This document shows, one piece after another, positions 10,400-28,730 of a stretch of DNA of 64,000 nt. This stretch comes from Octopus vulgaris (lineage: Eukaryota), in assembly GCA_951406725.2 (NCBI GenBank), contig OX597815.1, forward strand, positions 34,100,001-34,164,000, in the 5' to 3' direction. A model generated the notes under the pieces. That model ran no database searches and was not told the origin of the DNA. It was given only the letters and a program-made list of their open reading frames with translations. Within the stretch, counting starts at the first letter, position 1. Every line of letters starts with the position of its first letter. The translations under genes were made by a program, and so were the position numbers.

Positions 10400-13300
10400 T
10401 ACATACTCTCAATGATTTTCATTTGCTTCAACTCCTCTTCAACAGTTTGGTCACCTTGACCAAGCGTATCAAACTCACAGTATGACCCGTCATAATGAGT
10501 TCAGACGAATTCTAACACAAACATAAATCTGGTTAGTTCTGCAATGACCAGATTCTTTTTAAATCTCACATTAGCCATTATCATCTGCAGTATTTCACAG
10601 AAATATTTCTTTGAGTACTTCAGAATGTACCGTTACTGAGACCTTCAACAGAGCTTCTGTATAGATAAAAATATATCTGGTGTCTTCTTAAGATCATTAT
10701 GCTCATTATTATCTCTCAGTTCTTTTTTGTTCTGGTGATGGCTGCAAACCATCTTAAACATTTTTCAACAAATTCATTATCAACCAGCACAAATTCGAAT
10801 CATATCATTCGTCGACCACCTTTTCAGGTTGTGTCATACAAAATTTTATCGGTCTACAGAGAAAAAGAAAAAGTGTAGAGCGTGTTGGACAAATTGGATG
10901 ATAAACGCTTTAATGTTGAAACTAATGTATTTACACTACAGGGCGAAGAAACTAACCATCTTCAAGTTAAACTGAATTACACCAGTTTAGATATGCTAGT
11001 GAGTATCAGTTGCCAGGTTATCTTAATTCCCAAAAAATTCCTGGAGACACATTGGTCAATTCAAATTTCGTAAAAGCCATCTGCAACTTCGCTAGCTTGA
11101 TTAATCATCGATTATAATCTTTTTTCAAGGCATTCGAGAAACAGGCATCCAGCATAAAACTATAGCAGTAGTGATCGCGAACTGTGATAAAAGTCGTGGT
11201 CTTGTTAGAAATGACGAATTAAATATTAATAATACATTAATCAACACCATGGTACCTGATGGTGAAGATATCAGTTTGCTAAAATACTCTAAGGGCAGCA
11301 TTAAACTTAAAGAAAATATTAAATATTGGATCTCAGCTTTTAAATTATATTTCTCTACTCGTAGTTATCAAATTTAGAAAACTTATTGAATAAAGTATAT
11401 TAGAGCATGTACCATCAGCAAATGGGCATGCTTCATTAGAGCTGTATGAAAACCAAACAAAGATTCATACATCTGTGGTGGTTATAAATTTGGTGTTAAT
11501 CACATGATTTGTTCGAACTCTTTTCCATCGTCTAATATGTTGGATTTTCCTTTTACTCGTTAGCTGGAATGAAAATTTAGTAAAATTCGATCATCGGTGT
11601 TTCCATTATTAAATTCAAATAGATAATGATAACAAAGGAATCGCGGTTGTCAATACACCTTCCTGTCGGTTTGTTGAGATGGACACAAATATCTTATGAC
11701 ATAAAAACTGCAAAACCATTTTCAATGCACTTGAGAGAAGACTTTGCGGGGCTGGGGAATGGTATTAAAAAAGAAACTGCCAGGACGGGATATGTTTGGG
11801 TATAAGTACCGAGGAAGAAGCGAACCTGAATACCAAGATTTATTCGATCGACGGAGAAATGCAGGCAAGAGATTATCTCAAACAAAAGTATATTCAATAA
11901 ACTATTATTTTGAGGATATGTCATTTTAAAGGAAGGCGTTCTTCCATATCGATGATTAGCTTTAAAACATATTAGGTTGTATCTACTTCCTCTGAAAAGA
12001 AAACTGGAATTATTTTAGGACTGTTAAATATTTTTGACTGGTAGTTACCAAAATAGTTTTAATGTAGTTTTAACTAAACCACATCTAGTCGTGATTCTCT
12101 CTTTCGGGAGACCTGGAGTTGTGGGGAGCGTGGAGTCACTCCTTAATTACTGTTACTCCCAGGTGCGTTCTGAATTGGAACGGTAGGACCTGTCAAGGTC
12201 CTATTCTATGGTTTAAATAGGTTTTTTAAGGGTAGATTAAGTTTCTTAGCTACGATGAAGGCTGTCAGTATAGTAGAAGGGAAAGTCCAAGACGAATGCT
12301 GTTTTTCGACATATCCTAAGCCTGCACGGATGTGTATGGCGGATAAAACTAACATGATGTAACTCCAATAACATAGATTTATACTATGGAGGCATCTATC
12401 TCATGTTAGTGCACAATCTTCTGCATTCTTCTTTATCAAAAGATTCTCAAAATGGTCGAACTATTTACGAAATCACACAAGGGAATATTAAATTTACCTG
12501 AACAAAATGTTCGTCAAAAATCATTCGAGAATTTATAAAAGTGCATTAGCAGAATATTTTTTGGGCGTCACATTGACAATAAGTGCAAATGAGTTTATCA
12601 GTATTTTTATCGCTGAGTAACCACCCAGTGCAATATTTATGAAAGATTTCTTACTTAGATTCAATCACAGAGTCAGTGAATAGAACTTCTAAGATTTACA
12701 TCTTCGAAGATATTGAGACACACCATCCAGCATATGGATTTGATTTTGATATTACATATGTTAAAGGAAATATTCCTCGCATTGATGCGCTCTCACTTTG
12801 AGATAATGACCGAGGGACATTGGATTCAATGATGAGGTTGATGATCATAAATTCATACTTCATTGACTAGCTTCGGAAGCACAGCCTGGTCCGATACCGG
12901 GTGAAGTCATTTCCAGAATAAAAGGAAATATGTGATAATAACTCCAGTGTTGCAAAAGTTCATAAATATGTAAATCGATGGTTATCTCTGGAAAACGATA
13001 TCCTGCAATGGTTATCTTAGTTTTTCGTTCAGGCATCACAGAAACAAATGATCAAGTGTTGAATACGACATAGAATTACCTGAAGCTTGATTCTTTGTGG
13101 CCTAGCTATTCATACGAAGTCGAGGAATACGTACATAGATGATCTAAATGTGTAGAAGTAAACGATTTTTCAAAAGAGTAACAGACTCCATTCATAGCTC
13201 AAGAACTTAGATCCTTGGACTCGTGTATTGATAAATCATAACTATCTTATTGATGTCAGATTGAAGTTTGTCCTAGTTAATTCTTTTTCATGATGGCCAA

Positions 13301-13900
13301 ATGTTATTGGTGTTCCTGAAAGGAAGAGCCCAACATTAAAACATGTGTTATTATTTTCATGACGATCATCTATGTCCTTACGACAGTTGATTGGTTGTGT
13401 TCCTGACAAACGCAGTCATATTATCCTCAATCAAAACAAATTGCAAATAAACGGTTCAAACAATTAGAATGGAATTAAAGACGTTCTTTCTATATACAGA
13501 AACGTTCGAAACGTTTTTATTACGGCTAATTGCTCAATTATCGTACAATTCCTTATGTAGAGTGGTAAGAAAACCTTGCTTTGACATAGCGTCATATCCG
13601 TGCAACTTTTGCTTATGTTCACTTCGATTGGAAAATGTGCTTAAATAAATGATTCAACGCCAGAGTGACAGTCTTTGAGACAAGCTGGAAACAGCACTGA
13701 AATGGAATAGGAATTTTGGTACATACGGACCAAATCGTTTCTTAGCTTGAACCGCTTGAAATAATTGAGGATGACGGCAAAAGTAGAGATGGCGTCATTT
13801 TAGCACTTTTGGTATAAGAAATACCTGTAATAGTGACATGGATCAACAAATAGGACAAAAGGATCAAACCTGTAGTGAAATGAGTCTAAGGCAGTGTACT
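10400..13900 (+). mobile_element. Highly decayed Ty3/Gypsy LTR retrotransposon internal region (protease, RT, RNase H, integrase)
   Basis: Motifs occur in Gypsy order: protease-like VKLNYTSLDMLVSISCQVILIP (~10965-11030); RT SKWA...ICGGYKFGVNH (~11415-11500) and IAVVNTP..GLLRW..ISYDIKTA (~11640-11715); RNase H end FDFDITYVKG..IDALS (~12740-12795); integrase-like YYPQS (~13420). Many stops and frameshifts; no LTRs recognised; ends approximate. Confidence 0.8.
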
Positions 13901-14045
13901 CGATCTGCCTGGGGTACAAAGCCTTTTTTTCAGAGACATCCGAAGATATAAGTGCTGCGACAAAATGAGAAACTGTTAGTAGAAGTGTTAAATATTACGA
14001 ATGCAGTATGTTGTAAATAAGTCTTTGATTTGTTAATATCAATAC

Positions 14046-14252
14046 TCTTTTACTCTTTTACTTGTTTCAGTCATTTGACTGAGGCCATGCTGGAGCACCG
14101 CCTTTAGTCGAGCAAATCGACCCCGGGACTTATTCTTTGTAAGCCCAGTACTTATTCTATCGGTCTCTTTTGCCGAACCGGTAAGTGACGGGGATTTAAA
14201 CACACCAGCATCGGTTGTCAAGCAATGCTAGGGGGACAAACACAGACACACA

Positions 14253-14329
<77 letters not shown>

Positions 14330-14491
14330 GACGGGCTTCTTTCAGTTTCCGTCTACCAAATCCACTCACAAGGCTTTGGTCGGCCCGGGGCTATAGTAGA
14401 ATACACTTGCCCAAGGTGCCACGCAGTGGGACTGAACCGGGAACCATGTGGTTGGTAGGCAAGCTACTTACCACACAGCCACTCCTGCGCC
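14046..14491 (-). mobile_element. SINE family B, full length with TSD
   Basis: Complete head, CORE-like gtggcaccttgggcaagtg, internal microsatellite and gtaaaaga-repeat tail. 9-bp TSD tatcaatac at 14037-14045 and 14492-14500. Confidence 0.93.
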
Positions 14492-15412
14492 TATCAATAC
14501 ATGGTTTTCTTTCGCTTCTTTGAACATTATGTATATTTAAGATGGCTTTTAGTTCCAATGGCAGTTCAGTCTCATTTGATTAAAGTTTCTGAATGATCAC
14601 ATGTGAGTACAACAATATTTTTTGAGCTCTACAAGACTTACATATAAGGAAATCCAATTTGCTAGCTTTCAAACATATTCGTCTCGGATGCATTCGAACT
14701 CCAAAATGGTTTCACTCCCAATAGCCTCCACCATTTGTAACATCCTGAAATCTCAATATTTATGTTCCAGAATATTTAAACGATCTCCTCTTCTCACTTT
14801 ATACTCCCTTATGTTCCCCGACATATCGATCCAGCCCATCTCTTCCCTGCTTTCTATTTTTTCTTTCCCCACTTTTCTCTCTCTTGCTCCTTGTTCAAAT
14901 CATTTATCCCCTTCTCTTCTAATCATTTAATTTTCTTCGTCACATCTACGGAGCGTTATTTTGCCTATATAGGAGTAAATCTGCCAAATGGAAATTATAA
15001 TAATATTCAAGGTTAATATTACGTGCTCTTAGAAAGAATCAATAATATATGAGCTTAGTACTCTACCGACTTTAAATCCAACTGTACTCTGAGATATTCC
15101 AGAAGAATATCACAGAGTATATTATAGGCATTACTCCAGGTTAACGGACAGAACTCTTATTTAATGAACTAACCAGGTTTCAAAATCATCTTGATATATT
15201 TACTTTTGATTCACTTAGAAGCAATGCTATACACCCAAAAACATTTCTCCGATGCCCTCATTTGTCTACTTACAATGACTACCCATACAAGTCGCTAAAG
15301 AATGGGTATCTATCTATACATCTTACATATACATCTGTCTTTCAAAATACTAAGCTCAGACTACAATCAGATCTATGCGACTGTAAACATGGGCTGGAGA
15401 CTGTCCTGTAAA

Positions 15413-15450
<38 letters not shown>

Positions 15451-15453
<3 letters not shown>

Positions 15454-16029
15454 TTTGTGAACAAACCCAAAGGTTGTAAATTACTGAGTAGCGCGACACA
15501 CACAGGTCCTTTTTAATAATAACTATAATTATGTAGTATTTATCTAATACAAGCTCTATTTAAAGCGACCAAACCTAAACAACTGACCGATAAACGATGG
15601 ACAGAACCACTGGGAATTGAACACGACATCAATGCTTACACGGCTCCGTACGTACCCAATTCAGTCACATACCCACCCATCAATTTTAGCCAATTTTAGT
15701 GTATAGATAATTGTAGTCAAGTGTATATATCTATAAATTTGTAAACAAACCCCAAAAGTTGTAAATTACGGAGAAGTGCGACACACATAGGTCCTTTTTA
15801 ATAAGAACTATAATTATATATTATTTATTTAATTTATGCTCCATTACAAGCGACTAAAATTTAAAATTGACCAAAAAAAGATGGGGCGAACCACTGGGAA
15901 TCGAACACGACATCAATGCTTGCGTGGCTCCGTATGCGCCCAAATCAGTCACATAGCCCACCCGTTAATTTCAGCCAATTTTAAGGTATCGATAATTTTA
16001 GTCTAGTGTATATATTTATGGATTTGTAA
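15451..16029 (-). repeat. ~285-bp tandem repeat, each unit with a tRNA-like (Pol III A/B box) segment
   Basis: Units at 15451-15735 and 15736-16020; a third is split by a SINE and resumes at ~16441-16485. The minus strand has tgactga(a/t)ttgg and gttc(a/g)attccc. An inverted partial copy lies at ~16620-16725. Confidence 0.8.
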
Positions 16030-16191
16030 GGTGCAAGAGTGGCTGTGTGGTAAGCAGCTTGCTTGCCAACCACGTGGTTCCGGGTTTAGTCCCACTGCGT
16101 GGCACCTCGGGCAAGTATCTTCCTCTATAGCCTCGGGCCGACCAAAGCCTTGTGAGTGGATTTGGTAGACGGAAACTGAAAGAAGCCCGTC

Positions 16192-16245
<54 letters not shown>

Positions 16246-16295
16246 GAAATGAAGAAAAATATATCACAACTCGTGTTCCACATCTCCTTTTTTAA

Positions 16296-16354
<59 letters not shown>

Positions 16355-16440
16355 GAGTTGTGGGGTCGATTTGCTCGACTAAAGGCGGTGTTCCAGCATG
16401 GCCGCAGTCAAATGACTGAAACAAGTAGTAGAATAAAAGT
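16030..16440 (+). mobile_element. SINE family B inserted into the tandem repeat
   Basis: Head gcaagagtggctgtgtggtaag and tail gtcaaatgactgaaacaagta; part of the middle is deleted. Confidence 0.9.
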
Positions 16441-18282
16441 ATACAGCCTAAAGTTTGTAAATTACAGAGAAGAGAGACACACATTTTCTTTTATATTTGC
16501 CTGAATTTTGTGGTTTATATTTTTGCCTGGCTGGCTGAAGGAAGTCGTGCTCAAAGAGTAAGCAGTAAATTTATGAACTATGAACATAGAAGGGATCCTA
16601 TAATCTGTATACCGAACGACACTAGACTAAAATTATCTATACCACTAAAATTAGCCGAATTTGATGTCTAGGATATATGACTGAATTGGGTGCGTACGGG
16701 GCCATGTCAGTAATGCACAAGCGTTAATTCAGTAATTACTTCATACAATCTTGTTTCAATTTGAATCTGTTTTGTGTCGTTTCTGAATTTCAAACTCTGA
16801 GTCGACCTACCGACAGTTGAGTACAGAAGAACTTCTCGCCGTGTCAGTGCTTTGACTTTTCTCCTCTCCTACTCATTCCTTATACTGAATCCATAATACA
16901 ATCATGTATTGTATTAAGTCTGTCAAATTTTATGGCAATTTTATTTTGTGTAATTTTATACCTATATTTTCCTTTTGGATGACAGTTGCCGCTTTTTTTT
17001 AAAGCTTCTACTCACGAAAGTTACTTTAATCATCTTAAGAATAGAAAGCTTTCAATTTAATGCTGGTTGATATTTGTGATAAGATAATATCAAAACGAGA
17101 TTTGTGCTTGCTAACTAGGAAAGACTTTCATCTGTTGATATTGCTCTTGCACTTTGCTTTGAACTTTATTTCAATATAGCGACCTGAAGAAGAGTCTTTC
17201 GTGTGATGAAACTGCTAGTTGTTGCTAGTGCTGTTTTCAGTCGATTACATTTAATAAACTATACGGCATCAAATAGTTTTTCTTTCATTTGCTATTACTC
17301 ACAAAAATACACACACACACACACACACACTCATATATATATATATAACTCACTTGCACATATCTCTCCCAGGTTTAACTTAGAGATGTAGAAATACCTA
17401 TTGATTTTATTAATGTGTTCTCAATAAACCCAAACATACATATACCGCGTGTGTGAATGTGTGTGAATGTCTGAGTTTATGAAGGCTATAAACCAATGAA
17501 TAATGTGTACACCACTTGAAGACTCTGTTTTCATGTTATATATCTACATCGGTCAAATTCTTTCAGGCGGTGCACTAAGCTCTCCAAGATTCACTTAGGG
17601 GAGAAATTGAACTCACTACTGCAAGCTAATGAAACACTTATCAATTATATTGTCCTGCAGCTGCTGACATTGGCGAACATTTCCCGCAGTTTGATATCTA
17701 TTTGTAGCTAGCTCTGCGTCGCACGTCATAAAAATCACGAAAACGAATTCACACATTCGTTTATTGTAAGCAAATTGTCTGTTTGCAATTTCTTAAAATT
17801 TATTAGAAAAGCTGAAAACATTTATGTACGTCAATGCTCAGCTGTTAATGTCTCTTTGATGTACCAACAGCTTTTAACAGTATCACATAAAATCAAACAG
17901 TTTGACAGCAGTATTTAGCCGTTAATATGCAATAACTAACGACTGTTATCGAGAAAAGGCCGATGGCAGTCTATTTGGCGAGATATCAGCTTTTAGCTAA
18001 CCTGTAGTTTATTGCTCGTATTGTATTTGTTAATGTTTGTTATAATGTTAAAGTTACATATTTCAACTAGTTAACCTTCTGTACAATATTTCCCGTCTCC
18101 AACCGTATTTATAAAAATAGTTTATAATGGAGATAAAAAAAGAAACTTCTCTTTTTAAATGTAGACTTTTCAGATTGTTTTTGCTGCATACCTTTCATTG
18201 TTTTCTGTTTTTCTGAGCTCAGATGTCTGCATATCTTTCCCGTGAAGTCTTCCCAAAAAGTCACCCTGTCTTTTCAAAATGA

Positions 18283-18687
18283 CTCTCTTACTCTTTTACT
18301 CTTTTACTTGTTTCAGTCATTTGACTGCGGCCATGCTGGAGCACCGCCTTTAGTCGAGCAAATCGACCCCGGGACTTATTCTTTGTAAGCCCAGTACTTA
18401 TTATATCGTTCTCTTTTGCCGAACCGCTAAGTGACGGGGACACCAGCATCTGTTGTCAAGCAATGCTAGGGGGACAAACACAGACACACAAACACACACA
18501 CAAACATACATATATATATACATATATACGACAGGCTTCTTTCAGTTTCCGTCTACCAAATCCACTCACAAGGCATTGGTCGGCCCGGGGCTATAGCAGA
18601 AGACACTTGCCCAAGGTGCCACGCAGTGGGACTGAACCCGGAACCATGTGGTTGGTAAACAAGCTACTTACCACATAGCCACTCCTG
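18283..18687 (-). mobile_element. SINE family B, near full length
   Basis: Closely matches 14046-14491. Confidence 0.93.
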
Positions 18688-19384
18688 TCAATATTTTCTG
18701 ATAATTATGCTCGTCGATGTTGCTGTATAAGCCGATCTGTGGGACATGCCCTTCAACTGGATATTATATCGGTTTCAGCACATTCCGTCATTATTGCTCA
18801 ATCCACTTTGCCGATCAGCAATGATACTATCATACGATATTCAGGTTCCTTTAACCATTATTCTTCCCGATTATCCATACAGCAGCAATTACTATAAACT
18901 AGAGACAGCTTTAACTACATCAACCGTAGATTTATTATTTAGTTGTTATCCCTCTTGAAAACAGGTCCTTCTTTATTTGGCAGCAAATTACTTTTTGTCT
19001 CAGGTTTGTTGCCACTCGCCAAATTTAGCCTGGCACACACCTTTGATAATTAAAATAAATCTACTTAGTTTCAAAATTATTTTGTAGAATCCCAAAAAGT
19101 TCTTTATATTATAAAGTCATGGTGGAATCTTTCTTTCACATATCAATAATTCCTTCTTGCATAAATACAAAGTTTCCAATTTGTAGCGCCAGACTAAATA
19201 ATTTACATTTAGTTTTATCATTGTACGGGATGGGTTAAAATCTTTGTAGCTTCCTCATTCCTCCGGTGTCGATGAAATATGTATCTTTCGAGTATTTTAG
19301 GTTGTATATATATATATATTTCTTTAAGACATTATTTATCCACCAATACGGTGTTGAGCACTCATTCCAACTTTCTACATTTAC

Positions 19385-19417
<33 letters not shown>

Positions 19418-19421
<4 letters not shown>

Positions 19422-19595
19422 ATCCAAACATGAAAACACAAAGAGAAAAACAACAACGCGAGGACGTGGAACAAGTATAGTATTATTGGACGCTCAGGAA
19501 AGGAAAGAAACGTTTATAGCGGAGCTCTTCGTCAGAAACATAGAAAAAGGAAAGATCCAAGGAAGGGAATACGGAGGAAAAAAAATCGCGAACGA
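19418..19595 (-). mobile_element. Penelope-like terminal fragment with a degenerate hammerhead core
   Basis: The minus strand reads tttctgacgaagagctccgctataaacg. The ttaatccaaaca(t/a)gaaaacaca end recurs at ~48194 and ~48268. Confidence 0.5.
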
Positions 19596-19613
19596 CACAC
19601 ACACACACACACA

Positions 19614-19693
<80 letters not shown>

Positions 19694-19694
19694 A

Positions 19695-20498
19695 CATGGG
19701 AAAATGCGGGGAAGAGAAATAATATTCTTAAGATTATAAACCTGGAAACGTTTAGGACAAGTTATTACATCTGGTAAAGTACAGAACAAGAAAATTTTAA
19801 CATAAAATATTGCAGCTAAGGATAAAATTTCAAACAGAATATTTAGATTTAGGAAATATTAGCTTTTATTAAAACTAAAAATTTTATAACAAGCTACTAC
19901 TTCTATTTGTTATTATTTGTTACTTCTATTAAAAATTTAAAATAACTCAAAATATTTTTTGCATTTAAAAATATTCAGTTCTTTTAATTATTAATTAATA
20001 ATTAGAAGTTAGAAAATAGGTTATAAAAATAATAGTAGTACATAATTAGTAGAATAAATAGAATAATATATAAATTAGTCAAATATTACAGTAAAATCTA
20101 CCTAAAGCAACAAATTCACTGTAAAATTTGCTTGAGTTATCACCTAAGTTATTGCCAAGTCTTCACATTTTTAGTCTTGACCCAATGTCTATTTCTTACA
20201 TAATGAATTTACCTATTATTTATACTTTTCTACTTTGCATAAACTTTAGCTATATTGGTACTTCTGGCTCTCATTTTCTAAGTATTTTAACAAAGTGACA
20301 GTACCTTTTTTAAATTATAATGTTATTTTGTAAATTAGAATCAAATCATTTTTAATGTTCAAATTTTATCCTTAGCAGCAATATTTTAAGTAAAAATTTT
20401 TTCTTGTTTTGTATTTTACCAGATATAATAACTTGTCCTGAACTTTTCCACGTTTATAATCTTAAGAATACTATTTCTCTTGCTCACATTTTCCCATG
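19695..20498. mobile_element. MITE / non-autonomous DNA transposon with ~140-bp TIRs, TA-flanked
   Basis: ta-catgggaaaatg...gataaaatttcaaaca (19695-19836) is the diverged reverse complement of tgttcaaattttatc...cattttcccatg-ta (20356-20498). The interior is AT-rich and non-coding. Confidence 0.88.
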
Positions 20499-21349
20499 TA
20501 ATCCACGTTTTCTCCTGGCTATGCTATTATACTAATTAATAATGTGTCATGTGTCAATTAGCGGTGTCGCTGATAATTTTTTCCTTATCTCAATGATGCC
20601 GGTGACATATATTAAAGTCCCCTTATAGAACTATATTTATAAGAAAGTATAGAACTATATTATCACCTTCAACTTTGAGAAACAGATACTCATTACTTTT
20701 TTCTTTTAAAACTTAATTGCATGAGATTGATATCATGAAATTCCTCGAATTGAGCGCTATCATTTAAGCTTAATTAAAATATAGTTTGCTTTCAAAACAA
20801 AAAACTTAATTATACTTAAATCCAATTTTTATACCTTATATTTTTCCATGACATTGTACCTCACAACTTCTTTGATACAAATTTTTGCTGCATTGGCTAA
20901 AACCATGAAATTCCCCATGCTTTCTTCTGTCATTGAAGCTAAGATAAATTTTCTTTGCTTTTAAAATAAAAAAGCCCCATCTAAACTTGATTGGACGCGT
21001 TACTTATTCTCCTATAGCGTTGTTATAAATTTTGATGTAAACTTTTTCTACTGGACCAAATCTCAAATTTTTTATGCCAAAATGTAACTAGGGATTAGTC
21101 CCCTTCAAAAATGTTAACAGTTTTCGATTTGGTTAAGAACTGAATTAGTGACAAGCTCTGAAATTTGCTGCATGTGAATAAATTGCGGCCTTAAGAATAT
21201 TTTTCAACTACTACTGTAATTGAATGATAGATATATAGTAAAACTTCTATGAAACGATGGAAACACTCATTAATAATACAATACTCTTGCAATCTACAAT
21301 AGTGAAATGTAAATAGTTCATGGTACCTCTTCACAGATGGGCATGGAGA

Positions 21350-21740
21350 ATTGAGAATTAATTATTTTAACAACAAACGCAGTGTATCGATAGTGAATGT
21401 ATATGAACTATTGAATTCTACTTAGCAGACCGATATACTTAGGGCTAGATAAAGGCCCACTAATTTCTTAAATACAATCCACCAACGGTGTTCCATCAAC
21501 CCTTTCATCATTTAACTTTGACAATTGTATATTAGAACTTATCAGTTAGGAAATCGCAGACACTGGAACACCGCATCCACAATGTTATGTCATTTTTAGA
21601 AAACAGCATTATTTCAAAGTTGCTAAGCGAAATCTGGGTGCTAAGACGCCGATTCAATAGGCTCCGTATTGAACTGAGGATGATAAGTATTGAAAGAACT
21701 GGTACTGAGAATGATGATATTGCCCGAAGGAATCAAATGC
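21350..21740 (+). mobile_element. Probable decayed Helitron RepHel (PIF1-type helicase) fragment
   Basis: PTNFLNTI..NGVP..HHLTL (~21456-21520), then degenerate RNL and GT motifs, resembling the consensus PxEFLNS..SGxPPHxLxL...RNL...NGTRL. Confidence 0.45.
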
Positions 21741-21899
21741 ATTTCTAAACACAGGCATAACTACCTTGAATACCACGAATGTGAAATACTTGAATAAAAA
21801 TTCAGTTTTCTTTTCTGGTCATTTCCAGTGAAGTTTCCATAGCTACATCTACATATAATATAACTGTTTTATACCACCTTATTAATTTAATACTAAATA

Positions 21900-22135
21900 C
21901 CTATTTATTTACTACACACAAGGGGCTAAACACAGAGAGGATAAACAAGGACAGACAAACGGATTAAGTCGATTATATCGACCCCAGTGAGTAACTGGTA
22001 CTTATTTAATCGACCCCGAAAGGATGAAAGGCAAAGTCGACCTCGGCGGAATTTGAACTCAGAGCGTAAGGACGAACGAAATACCGCTAAGCATTTCGCC
22101 CGGCGTGCTAACAACGATTCTGCCAGCTCGCCGCC
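21900..22135 (-). mobile_element. SINE family A (tRNA head plus Nin/Deu-like domain) with TSD
   Basis: Head ggcggcgagctggcagaatcg, core gcctttcatcctttcggggtcgattaaataagtaccag, and a 14-bp TSD tttaatactaaata at 21886-21899 and 22136-22149. Confidence 0.92.
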
Positions 22136-22424
22136 TTTAATACTAAATAATACAAACAAATTACTGACCTACAAGTAGGCCATCGGGAAAAAATGAACAT
22201 GTCCAACACTTTCATCATTCATTTAAAAAATGTGTCCCAATTTACGCATTTGCGATTATGAAAAAACAAATTTATAATGCCAAATTCATTCGGTGCATAC
22301 TTTTGTTTAATGGGTTATTTTACCCTTGATTAACTACTAGGTCACTGGCTATTACTAAAACTGTTGTTTAGTCATTGCTCAAACTATTATTATTAATATT
22401 TCTATTAATATATTCATATTTCTA

Positions 22425-22600
22425 AGGCGGTGAGCTGGCAGAACCGATATAACGCCGGGTAAAAATTCTAAGCGGCATTTTGTCCGTCTTTACGTTCTGA
22501 GTTCAAAATCTACCGTTGTCGATTTTACCTTTTATCTTTTCAGGGTTTTATCGATCCTCTTTTTGATCGATAAAGTAAGTACCAGACTGAAGTAAAGTGG
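22425..22600 (+). mobile_element. SINE family A, diverged
   Basis: ggcggtgagctggcagaacc...ctgagttcaaaatc...cgataaagtaagtaccag. Confidence 0.75.
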
Positions 22601-22919
22601 ATCTATGACTAAATTAACTGGCATCTATAAAATCCAGCTTAACAAGGTAGTAATTAATGAACAAATACTGACTAATTGAGACTATAACTACCAATACCAA
22701 AAATGGCGAATGAAATAGATTAACTACTATTGAATGTTCCACCGAACAGAGTATCCAATCACGTTTCGATTCCCGGAAGGAGTTATTTCGCTTCTTTCAC
22801 ATTTCTATAATGTGATTAGTGAAAGATAGAACATCTCAGTTTTATCTCCAATTCGCTGAATCTCTTAGGCTTCACGTTTTTTTGCAAGATGCCACCTCTC
22901 GTTCTTGCTCGTGCAAGCA

Positions 22920-28730
<5,811 letters not shown>

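Noticed and set aside
14215-14523. Recurrent ORF ...[23 protein letters not shown]... suggesting a gene family
   Set aside because: It is the antisense translation of SINE family B.
18690-19200. Possible decayed transposase on the minus strand
   Set aside because: There are too many stops and no motif I can assign with confidence.
20612-21194. TTAA-bounded segment resembling a Kolobok/piggyBac element
   Set aside because: No matching terminal inverted repeats were found.
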